From positions 15,414 to 79,413 of the forward strand of contig CAYUYO010000002.1 of the NCBI GenBank assembly GCA_964449385.1: a stretch of DNA of 64,000 bases. Reading direction: 5' to 3'. The notes under the pieces were generated by a model that was not told where the DNA came from, made no database searches, and worked only from the letters and a program-made list of their open reading frames with translations. This document shows, piece after piece, positions 20,462 through 29,800 of this stretch (the first letter of the stretch is position 1; each line of letters starts with the position of its first letter). The DNA comes from an uncultured Candidatus Saccharibacteria bacterium. GTDB taxonomy: Bacteria; Patescibacteriota; Minisyncoccia; Minisyncoccales; CAYUYO01. The position numbers and the translations under genes were made by a program.

Positions 20462-21490
20462 TCAAAGAATTACTGTTTCTTCTTCTTTCTTTTTGTTTAA
20501 AAAATCTCTTAAAAATTCAAATAAAATTCCGGCTATTGGAATAGCTAAAATTGCTCCTAAAACACCCCATAATTTCGCTCCTACTAACAAAGCAATTAAA
20601 ACTAAGACAGCCGGCAAGCCAACAAATTTTTTAGTTAAAATTGGAGTTAAAATATTACCTTCAATTTGTTGAATTAAAATAAAAGCGATTAAGACAAATA
20701 ATGCTTTCAGCCAGGAGTCTAGACCGGCTAAACTTACAATAAGAATTCCAGCTAAAATCGGTCCTAAAACCGGAATAATATCCATTATTCCTGCGAATAA
20801 AGATAAACCAAAAGCATAATCTATATTAAAAAGTCGAAGAACAAGATAAGAGGCTAATCCAATAAAAATACAACATAAAACTCTTGCTCCAAACCAACCG
20901 GCTACTTTTTCCTGACTTCTTTTCCAGAGTGTTAAAATAGAAGATTCGTATTTTTTAGGAGAAAGAAGAAGTACCGCTTTTTCAACTCCTTTCTCTTCTA
21001 GAGATAGAAAAAGTGCAATAGCGAAAATAGTAAGGGTAGAGGTAATGCCTCCAAAAATAGCTCCTATTGCAGAAAAAATATTAGATGAAGCTTTAATCAA
21101 CCATCCTTGAAAAGCAGTAGTTAAACTTTCCATGCTTTCAAAGGCCTCGATTCCTAATCCTTTTAATGGTGGAGCAATTTTTTCAAAGTATTGAGGAAAA
21201 AGCTGAGAAAACCGCTGAATTTCCGAAACAAAAATCGGAGCTGTCCAATAAATAACCAGTCCTAAAATCCCAAAAATAACAACATAAACAAGAGTAACAG
21301 AAAGAACTCGAGACAAACGATATTTTTGTAAAAAATTAATTGCTGGATTAAATAAAACTGAAATGATTAAAGCAAAAATAACTAAAATTAAAATATCTTT
21401 TATTAAATAAAGAATATAAAAACAAAGTAAAGTAATAGCAATCTTTAAAATTGTTTCCCAAGAAATATCTAATGTTTTTTTGTTATCCAT
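20462..21490 (-). CDS. AI-2E family (PerM/UPF0118) membrane transporter
   Basis: About 8 hydrophobic helices with the family-typical layout, including the C-terminal GAILAIP segment. Confidence 0.75.
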   Translation of the reverse strand: MDNKKTLDISWETILKIAITLLCFYILYLIKDILILVIFALIISVLFNPAINFLQKYRLSRVLSVTLVYVVIFGILGLVIYWTAPIFVSEIQRFSQLFPQYFEKIAPPLKGLGIEAFESMESLTTAFQGWLIKASSNIFSAIGAIFGGITSTLTIFAIALFLSLEEKGVEKAVLLLSPKKYESSILTLWKRSQEKVAGWFGARVLCCIFIGLASYLVLRLFNIDYAFGLSLFAGIMDIIPVLGPILAGILIVSLAGLDSWLKALFVLIAFILIQQIEGNILTPILTKKFVGLPAVLVLIALLVGAKLWGVLGAILAIPIAGILFEFLRDFLNKKKEEETVIL

Positions 21491-21491
21491 T

Positions 21492-22754
21492 TTACAGCTT
21501 TAATAACTTTTGAAATCTTTCTTTATTTTTAAATGGACCGATCAAAGATAAGTTTAATTTTTTAGGTTGAAAAATATCTTTTGCCACTTTCAAAATATCA
21601 TTAGCAGAAACTTTGTCAATTTTTTTAAAAACTTCTTCCAGAGTTAAAATTTTCTTTTCTAAAAGTTCCTGACCAGCATAAAAAGAAGCTAAAATATCGG
21701 AAGATTCTAATAAAAGAGCAGTCTTTCCTTTTATATAATCTTTAGCTTTTTTGAGCTCATCTTTAGGAACTTTCTTTTGAGAAATTCTTTTATATTCTTT
21801 TAAGATAGTTAAAATAGCTTTCTCAATATTTTTATTGTCTACCCCGGCCTGAGTAACTAAAAATCCTGTATCAGGATCGCTGTCAATATTAGTCTTAATA
21901 TAATAGGCTATGCCCAATTTTTCTCTAATTTCAACAAATAATCGAGAGCTCATCATTCCTCCCAAAATTGTGCCTAAAACTTCTTGTGTGTATTTTTGAG
22001 GATGAAAAAGATTATAACCTCTTACCCCTAAAGCTAAATGAGTTTGGTCACTCTTTTTTGAATATAAGAGACAGGCTGGTTCTATTTGATTTTCAACAAC
22101 CGATTGTTTTTGATCAGGCTTGGTAGTTTTGATTTCAGAGAAATATTTCTTAATTTTATTTATTACTTTGAAATTTACTTTTCCAGAAACACAAACTATA
22201 GTATTTGAAGCCACATATTGTTTTTTTCTGTAGTTTGAAATCTGCTCTTTTTTTATCTTCATTACATTTTCTTTGGTTCCAGCTACAGGCCAGCCAGCTG
22301 GTTGATTTCCATAAAGAACTTCTTTCCATAATTCTTCAATATGTATCATAGGAGTATCTAAATACATATTTATTTCTTCAATAATTACCCCTCTCTCTTT
22401 GTTTATTTCCTTTTCAGGCAATAAACTATTGAAATAAATGTCAGAAACCCAATCCAAAGCTAAATCTAAATGAGAAGCTTCAACCTTAGCGAAATATCCC
22501 GTATATTCTTCACCAGTAAAGGCATTATAAATTCCGCCGATTTTATCTAATGGTTCTACTACTTTTACAGAGGAAGGCCTTTTTTTTGTTCCCTTAAAAA
22601 ATAAATGTTCTAGAAAGTGAGAAATACCGTTTATTTCTTTAGTCTCATATTTTGAACCGGTGCCAACTAAAGCTAAAACCGTCACTGCTTGAGTACTTTT
22701 CTGAGGAACAATGATAATTCTCAATCCGTTTTTAAGAGTAATTTTCCGGAACAT
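21492..22754 (-). CDS. M16-family (insulinase/pitrilysin-like) zinc peptidase
   Basis: Inverted zinc motif HFLEHLFFKGT (HxxEH); 420 aa, two-lobed length. Confidence 0.9.
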   Translation of the reverse strand: MFRKITLKNGLRIIIVPQKSTQAVTVLALVGTGSKYETKEINGISHFLEHLFFKGTKKRPSSVKVVEPLDKIGGIYNAFTGEEYTGYFAKVEASHLDLALDWVSDIYFNSLLPEKEINKERGVIIEEINMYLDTPMIHIEELWKEVLYGNQPAGWPVAGTKENVMKIKKEQISNYRKKQYVASNTIVCVSGKVNFKVINKIKKYFSEIKTTKPDQKQSVVENQIEPACLLYSKKSDQTHLALGVRGYNLFHPQKYTQEVLGTILGGMMSSRLFVEIREKLGIAYYIKTNIDSDPDTGFLVTQAGVDNKNIEKAILTILKEYKRISQKKVPKDELKKAKDYIKGKTALLLESSDILASFYAGQELLEKKILTLEEVFKKIDKVSANDILKVAKDIFQPKKLNLSLIGPFKNKERFQKLLKL

Positions 22755-24090
22755 TTAACTTTTCTTTTAAAATCTTAATTAAATCTTTGATTTTTATTCT
22801 TTTTTGTTTCATTGTGTCGCGGTCACGAATTGTCACCATATCGTCCTTTAATGTATCAAAATCTATAGTTATTGCTGCAATAACCCCAACTTCGTCTCCT
22901 CTTCGGTATCTTCTACCAATTGAACCGAGTTCGTCATACTGACAGAAAAAATGAGGTTTAAGAAGTTTAAAAATTTCCTCAGCCTTTTTAACTATTTCCG
23001 GTTTATTTTTAACTAACGGCAAAATTGCAACTTTTATAGGAACTAATCTTTTATTTAATTTTAATAAAACTTCTTCTTCTTTATTTGCTTTAGTAGTTTT
23101 AGTTCTTCCTCCTTTTATTTCTTGAAAACTCTCGCATAAAAAAGCTAAAAAACTTCTACCTACTCCGACTGAGGTTTCAATAATATAAGGAAAATATTTT
23201 TCCTTGGTTTCCTCGTCAAAATATTTCAAATCTTTTCCGGAATATTTTGAGTGATTTGATAAATCAAAATCGCCCCGATTATGAACTCCTTCAATTTCTT
23301 TCCAACCGAAAGGAAATTTATATTCAATATCTATTTGTTGTCTAGCATAATGAGCTCTTTCTTTTTCCGGAACAACTTTTGCCCTCAAATTTTCTTTTTT
23401 GATACCTAAATCTAAATACCATTTTATTCTTTCTTCTTTCCAGAAATCAAAATACTTTTCAGCCGTTTTCGGATAACAAAACCACTGCATTTCCATTTGT
23501 TCAAATTCTCTTGTTCGATAAATAAAATTACCGGGTGTTATTTCGTTTCTAAAAGATTTGCCGATTTGAGCTATTCCAAAAGGAACTTTTAATCTCATTG
23601 AATTTAAAACATTTTCAAAGTTAATATAAATTCCTTGACAGGTTTCAGCTCTTAAATAGGTTTCTGAGCTTTCTTTTTCTACTGGTCCGATAAAAGTTTT
23701 CATCATTAAATTAAATTTTTTTGGTTTAGTCAATTCTCCTTTGCATTCCGGACATTTTTGGATTTCAGATTTTGAATTTTGAATTTCGTCTAATTTAAAT
23801 CTCTTATGGCATTTTTTGCATTCTACTAACTCATCAGCAAAACCAGCCGTCAGATGGCCGGAAGCATGCCAAACTTTAGGACTCATTAAAATTGCCGCAT
23901 CTAAGCCGACAATATTTTGGTGATTTTGCAGCATATCTGACCACCAAACTTTTTTAATATTATTTTTCATCAAAACTCCTAATGGCCCAAAGTCATAACA
24001 AGAAGCAAAACCGTTATAAATTTCCGAAGATGGAAAAACAAATCCTCGCCTTTTACAAAGTGAAATAATTTTTTGCATTAAGTCTTGCAT
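22732..24090 (-). CDS. glyQS: glycyl-tRNA synthetase (alpha2 GlyQS type)
   Basis: Class II motifs (FRNEITPG, GVGRSFLAF), FNLMMKT, zinc-like CKKCHKR..CPECKGE insertion; 452 aa. Confidence 0.95.
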   Translation of the reverse strand: MQDLMQKIISLCKRRGFVFPSSEIYNGFASCYDFGPLGVLMKNNIKKVWWSDMLQNHQNIVGLDAAILMSPKVWHASGHLTAGFADELVECKKCHKRFKLDEIQNSKSEIQKCPECKGELTKPKKFNLMMKTFIGPVEKESSETYLRAETCQGIYINFENVLNSMRLKVPFGIAQIGKSFRNEITPGNFIYRTREFEQMEMQWFCYPKTAEKYFDFWKEERIKWYLDLGIKKENLRAKVVPEKERAHYARQQIDIEYKFPFGWKEIEGVHNRGDFDLSNHSKYSGKDLKYFDEETKEKYFPYIIETSVGVGRSFLAFLCESFQEIKGGRTKTTKANKEEEVLLKLNKRLVPIKVAILPLVKNKPEIVKKAEEIFKLLKPHFFCQYDELGSIGRRYRRGDEVGVIAAITIDFDTLKDDMVTIRDRDTMKQKRIKIKDLIKILKEKLNVPENYS

Positions 24091-24095
24091 AATAT

Positions 24096-25772
24096 TTATT
24101 GAATTTTTCCCATATCTGCAGTTACGGTCGGGTCATCCGGTAAAGTTGTATTAATATTAATGGCAGTCTCAGTTAAGATTTCTTTAGTCCACATATCCTC
24201 ACCTTCTACTTTTGCTTGGCCAATAATTTCCGGGGTTTGATTTCTCTGAGAAGAATTTGGAGTAAAAGCAATTTGAAAAGCAACATTTAGAGTTTCGTTG
24301 TTAGTAGCAGCTAAAACTCCATGACCCGTTTTTAGTTCTCCAACATGCCAAATAATTTCCTGGGATTCCGAATCAACAAATAATTTTTCAGTTTCTTTTT
24401 CTGGAAAAATACTACCGGTTAATTTAACATTTTCAGGCAAAATTGCTTTCACTTTAACATTTTGAACATCATTATAATGATTTTTAATCTGCCATATTAT
24501 AGTATAGGTTGTAGGTTCGTTTATTTTTGGTGGTAGAGGGCCAGAATTTCCAAAAACTTCATCTTCGAAATAACCTTTTTGGATTATTTCTAATTTTGAA
24601 TTAACTTTGGTTGTAAATTCTTCTCTGGCCTGACTCAAATAAATTTTATCTTTTATCATTTCTTCTCCTTTAGAAGAAGAAATTTCCCATTCATCTTTTA
24701 ATTTTATCCAAAAATCAACCTTGCCTTGTTTTTGAACATCTAAAAATTGAAGATCTCTCACTCGGCGCCAATCCCACAAAATAGAATTATCCCCTGTTTC
24801 ATATTCTCCATCAGGCGCTCTTAAGGTTGTTAAATCAAAAGCTGTACCGCTTAAAGTAACTTGTAAAGGCATGTCAATTAAAGCTTCCTCACCAATATTT
24901 TTAAAGAAAATTTCATAATGAAGCAAATCTCCGGGAGAAGCTACATATTCCGGGCTGCCGTTAATTTGTTGAACAATATACAAAGCAGGTCTAATAATTT
25001 CCACTCCTTTAACAGCCTTTTTTAATAAAATAAATTCTCCATTCTGCCAGCTGCCAAATTCGGCTTGAAAAGTTTTTTCATCGCCGATTTCTCCTCTCAC
25101 CTCACCTGTTATTTCAATTCTTCCACCCTCAGCTTTATTCAAAGAACCGGGAATTTCCCACTCTACTTTTTCCAAGCTTTGAGGTTCGGATTCAATAAAC
25201 TCAAAACCACTCGGATACTCGATTTTGCATCTTAAGTTTGAAATAGGATAATTAATATTCGAAAAATAATTTAAAGTAAATTTTAATTTTCCTCCTGACT
25301 TAATTTTAGAAGGCAAATCAAAGTCAAAATTTAAAGGAACAGAATTAATAATAGTGGTGAAAGTAGTATTTGATTCATAACGAGCTTTTAAATTTTTAAC
25401 TTGATAACTTAAAGAAACTTTAGCTTGAAAGGACTGACCTTCTCTTCCTAAAAGCCTAGCTTTGAAAGGATAGGTTCTTTCTTCACCGGGATAAATATCA
25501 TCTAAAACAATTTCTTTTCTTAAAATATTTCCTTCAACAATTGAGTATTCTGGATACTCAAAAATAAGCTTTGGCTCTTCCAGACAAATTTTGCCGTTGT
25601 TTTTATATTTTACAAGATATTCAAAATCTTCGGCAATTTCTACTTCCTCCGGAGCCAAGATTTCCAGTTTCAAGACTTCTTTTGAATAGCTGTTTGAATT
25701 CCAATAATAAAAACCAACCATTCCAAGTAAACTGGTCAAAATAATTAAGAAAATAATAAATTTTTTACGCAT
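24096..25772 (-). CDS. membrane-anchored surface protein with repeated beta-sandwich (CARDB/DUF11-like) modules
   Basis: N-terminal hydrophobic anchor FIIFLIILTSLLGMVGFYYW. Four modules of similar beta-rich pattern (EYLVKYKNNG, LKFTLNYFSN, LLHYEIFFKNIG, YTIIWQIKNH). No enzymatic motif seen. Confidence 0.5.
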   Translation of the reverse strand: MRKKFIIFLIILTSLLGMVGFYYWNSNSYSKEVLKLEILAPEEVEIAEDFEYLVKYKNNGKICLEEPKLIFEYPEYSIVEGNILRKEIVLDDIYPGEERTYPFKARLLGREGQSFQAKVSLSYQVKNLKARYESNTTFTTIINSVPLNFDFDLPSKIKSGGKLKFTLNYFSNINYPISNLRCKIEYPSGFEFIESEPQSLEKVEWEIPGSLNKAEGGRIEITGEVRGEIGDEKTFQAEFGSWQNGEFILLKKAVKGVEIIRPALYIVQQINGSPEYVASPGDLLHYEIFFKNIGEEALIDMPLQVTLSGTAFDLTTLRAPDGEYETGDNSILWDWRRVRDLQFLDVQKQGKVDFWIKLKDEWEISSSKGEEMIKDKIYLSQAREEFTTKVNSKLEIIQKGYFEDEVFGNSGPLPPKINEPTTYTIIWQIKNHYNDVQNVKVKAILPENVKLTGSIFPEKETEKLFVDSESQEIIWHVGELKTGHGVLAATNNETLNVAFQIAFTPNSSQRNQTPEIIGQAKVEGEDMWTKEILTETAININTTLPDDPTVTADMGKIQ

Positions 25773-25774
25773 TG

Positions 25775-26515
25775 TTAGAATATATAAGAATAATAATCTT
25801 GAGAAATTATATCCAGGGATTCTAAATAAGATTTTTCGATTTTTAATCTAAGTAGCTTTTTCAAATCCTTCTCAAGAATAATTCTTAAAATTTTTATTAT
25901 TTCGGGCTTTATCCCTTTATTTGATTTTAATTTTTTAAAACAGTTTTGGCAAATTATTCCTCCTTCTTTTGAGTTAAAATAAAGCTCTCCTGGCGTTAGT
26001 TTATTTTGGCAAACGGAACAATTATAAAGTTCTGGCTGATAACCTAAAAAAGAAAGGATGTTCCAGAAAAAATAGTGATAAATAATCTCAGATTTCAAAC
26101 CCCGATCATCAAGTTCCTGAAAAATTTCTTTAAGCAATTGCCAAATTCTTTTATCCTCTTCTTGTTCTTTTATTAAATCATTAAAAGTCTCAGAAATTTT
26201 ATAGACAATAGCCAATCTCACTAAATTCCCTTTTAAATTATTAAAATTCTTAATTGAAATAGCGTCGGTTAAGGTTTTATAGATTTTCCCTTGGACAAAT
26301 TCAATTTCTGATAGGCAAAAAAGTTCAAGACCCCCTCTTAATTTTGATTTAATTTTTCTTTCGGCTTTAGCTAAAAATTCTGATTTGCCGAAATCTTTAG
26401 TATAAATTGTAAAAATTCGGTCGGCTTCTCCTCTGTCGGTTTCCTTTAAAATAAAACCGTTGGTTCTATAGTGAGTAAACATTAGTACAATTGATTTATC
26501 TCTGATAAGGATCAA
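25775..26515 (-). CDS. recO: DNA repair protein RecO
   Basis: N-terminal OB-fold pattern (GFILKETDRGEADRIFTIYT) and zinc finger CSVCQNK..CQNC. Confidence 0.85.
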   Translation of the reverse strand: MILIRDKSIVLMFTHYRTNGFILKETDRGEADRIFTIYTKDFGKSEFLAKAERKIKSKLRGGLELFCLSEIEFVQGKIYKTLTDAISIKNFNNLKGNLVRLAIVYKISETFNDLIKEQEEDKRIWQLLKEIFQELDDRGLKSEIIYHYFFWNILSFLGYQPELYNCSVCQNKLTPGELYFNSKEGGIICQNCFKKLKSNKGIKPEIIKILRIILEKDLKKLLRLKIEKSYLESLDIISQDYYSYIF

Positions 26516-26810
26516 CTCCGGTAACTCCTTTCAAAAATTGGAGTTTTCTATCAATTTTAAACTTTTCTTCTCTGGTTTTAGCTCTATATTTTTCTTGCCT
26601 CAATTCTCTTTCCCGTTTTCGACATTCAATTTCTGAAATATGACTGCCAAACCTTTGTCTGGGAAAAACTTCTGCTTCCATTTTTATCCTTTCTTGCCGA
26701 GAATATATCTTACCACCACTGCCAGGAATGCGAGCTGGAGCTGTTTTTAATATTTGCCTAAAATCTCTTCGGGAAAGTTCTCCGTGAGACTTTTTTGAAA
26801 AAATTGCCAT
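26496..26810 (-). CDS. hypothetical small basic protein
   Basis: 104-aa Arg/Lys/Glu-rich ORF packed between ileS and recO, overlapping the recO start by 20 nt. No motif recognised. Confidence 0.45.
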   Translation of the reverse strand: MAIFSKKSHGELSRRDFRQILKTAPARIPGSGGKIYSRQERIKMEAEVFPRQRFGSHISEIECRKRERELRQEKYRAKTREEKFKIDRKLQFLKGVTGVDPYQR

Positions 26811-26813
26811 AAT

Positions 26814-29800
26814 TTAAATTTTTTTAATACCTAACCACAATATTTGACCATCGACCTTTATCTCACGTTCGATATCAAATACTCTTTTTGGCATATCACC
26901 TATTTGAAAGTTTTTCACCTTAGCTTCTTTTTGAATAAAATCTTTATTTTTACTCAGAATTTCATTAAGATTTGGAGTTCCTGAATATCTAACTGAAATT
27001 CTGTGTCTTGACTTATATCCGGCTTTCTTTCTCATCTCTTGAATTTGGCGAACAACTTCTCTGATTATTCCTTCTTCTTTTAATTCTTGAGTAATTTTAA
27101 TATTTAATTTTAAAACTTTACCAAAAGTAATTTCTTTAACATTAACTTCCTCTTTAATCAAATTTAATAATTGATTTGGGATTTGGATATTAAGTTCAGG
27201 AATTTGAAGTGAAGCTAATGGCTGTCTTACTTTAATTCCAACCTTTGCTCTTTCTGCCAATGATAAACTGGCAATCTCTCTGACTTTCACCATTTTTTGA
27301 TTTAAAGATTTGTTAATTAATTTTTTATCACTTTCTGGCCAATTGGTTAAATGAACACTTAATTCTTGAACCAAATTTTTATAGATTTCTTCGCTTAAAA
27401 ATGGAATAAACGGAGCAGAAAGCAATGAAAGTTCAAATAAAACATAACCTAAAGTTCTTGAAGCATTATTAAGCTCTTCTTTTGTTTTAGGTTTTTGGAA
27501 TCTTTGACGTGAACGGCGAATATACCAATTGGACAAATCATCTATAACAAAACTTTCAATACTTCTGGCGGCTGAAGTTATATCATAATTATCCAAATCA
27601 TTAGTTGTTTTTTGAATCAATCCATGTAGTTTTGAAATAATCCATTTGTCTAAAAAATGTTTAAAATCTAGAGGTTTAGAGATTGAAGCTTTCTTTTTTG
27701 GAGCATATGTACTGTAAAATGTGTAGCTATGCCACAAAGTTAAAATAAATCTCTTCAGGGCCTGTTCAACATTTTTTTCTTCAAAAAGTTTACTATCGCC
27801 AGGCCGATTAACAGTGAAGAAATACCAGCGAACAGCATCTGCTCCATATTTATTACAAATAAACCATGGATCAACTATATTGCCTTTTGACTTTGACATT
27901 TTCTCTCCCTTTTTATCCAAGACATGGCCTAAAGAAATAACATTTTTATAAGAAGAGCCAAAACCTAAAAGAGTAGAAATCGCTAATAAGGTATAAAACC
28001 AACCTCTAGTTTGGTCTATAGCTTCACAAATAAAATCTGCTGGAAATAATTTCGGAGGTCTTAGTTTTTGACTCGCAAAAGACCAATGGCTTTGAGCAAA
28101 TGGCATACTTCCTGAATCAAACCAGCAATCAATTACCTCTGGTACTCTTTTCATTAAACCTTTCCCGCATTTTGGACAATAAAATTTAACTTCATCAATA
28201 TAGGGACGATGAAAATCCAATTCCATTTTCTCATTGTATGGAAGCTTCTTAAACTCCAACTTTCTTAATTCTCCCGTTTTTATTTCTTTTTTTCTGGTAA
28301 TAATTTCTACAAACTTTTTAAGATCATAATCGTAGATTACTTTTTCAAGTAAAGTAAAAGGGCGTTGATGGCTCACGATTAAAATGTTTTTCCCTTGATA
28401 TTTTTCATTAATTTCTTTTATAAATTTAGACATTCTTTTTTCTACGGCAATATAGGTTTCTCCTTTAGGCAGAGCAATCTGAAATCTTTTTGAATAATAT
28501 TCTAAGGGTAAAAGTTTTTTTTCTTTATCCCAAAATTTTCCAATTTCTTTAATCGGTTTTCCATTTAAAACTCCAACATTAATCTCTCTTAGTTTTTTAT
28601 CAAGCTTTGGTTTAATTCCTAGTTTTTTGCCAATAATCTCAGCGGTTTGCCTTGTTCTTAAAAGGTCTGAAGAAAAAATCAAATCAATCTTTTCTCTCTT
28701 GAGTTTCTGTCCAACTTCTCTGATTTGTTTTTCTCCCTTTTTAGTCAGGGGACAATAAAGTTTCTCCGGCCAACAAACAGCAATATCTTTTATATTTCTC
28801 AAAGATTCACCATGCCTTAAAATAAAATATTTATTTTTTGTAAATTTTTGAGCAAGTAAATCTTTTTTTGAGCCAATCACTTCTTGATGATTACATTTTT
28901 CGCATTGCCAAATAGGAAAAGGTGTTCCCCAATATCTTTCTCGAGTAATCACCCAGTCTTTAATTTCTCTCAACCATTCTCCAAACCTACCGTTTTTTAA
29001 ATGAGACGGAAACCAATTGATTTTTTGGTTATTTTCAATTAAATTTTTTTTAACTTTTGTCATTCTGATAAACCAGCTCTTCTTGGCATAGTATAAAAGA
29101 GGAGTTTTACATCGCCAACAAAAAGGATAATCATGCTCATATAGTTCTTCAGCAAAAAGTAGGTTTTTCTTTTTTAGATAAGTTAAAATTAAAAATTCTG
29201 TCTCTTTATCTTTAACGTATTTATCAGCTAAGCCTTCTCCTATATTTTTGATGAATCTTCCTTTCTCTGTAACTGTATGATAATTTGGTATGTTGAATTT
29301 TTTACCCAAATTATAGTCATCTTCACCATACATTACTGCCGTATGGACAATGCCGGTTCCCTCTTCGGTTGTTACAAAATCAGCCGGATATATTTTATAC
29401 GAAGTTTTCGATTTTAGTTGAGCTATTTTAAATAACGGCTTATATTCCAATCCTAATAAGTCTTTCCCTTTTATTTCTTCAAGAACTTTATAATCTCCAG
29501 ATAAAATTTTTAATCTTTCTTTTGCTAAAATAAAAATTTCATTTTTAATTTTAATTTTCACATAAGTGAACTTTGGATTTATAGCTAAAGCGACATTACC
29601 CGGCAAAGTCCATGGTGTTGTTGTCCAAGAAAGAATTGAAGTATTTTCCCATTTTTTGTCTTTAGATAAAATCTTAAATTTAATATAAACTGATGTTTCT
29701 TTAACCTTCTTATATCCCTGAGCTACTTCATGTGAAGACAAACTTGTGCCGCATCTCGTACAATAAGGAACTACCTTATAGTCTTGATATAAAAGCTTTT

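Noticed and set aside
28236-28838. The IleRS insertion as an intein, a mobile element or a gene-fusion artefact.
   Set aside because: There are no intein splice-junction or endonuclease motifs, and no repeats or stop codons at the borders. The frame is continuous, and both flanks are bona fide IleRS sequence that resumes exactly at the second half of the zinc knuckle. Misassembly cannot be excluded without reads.
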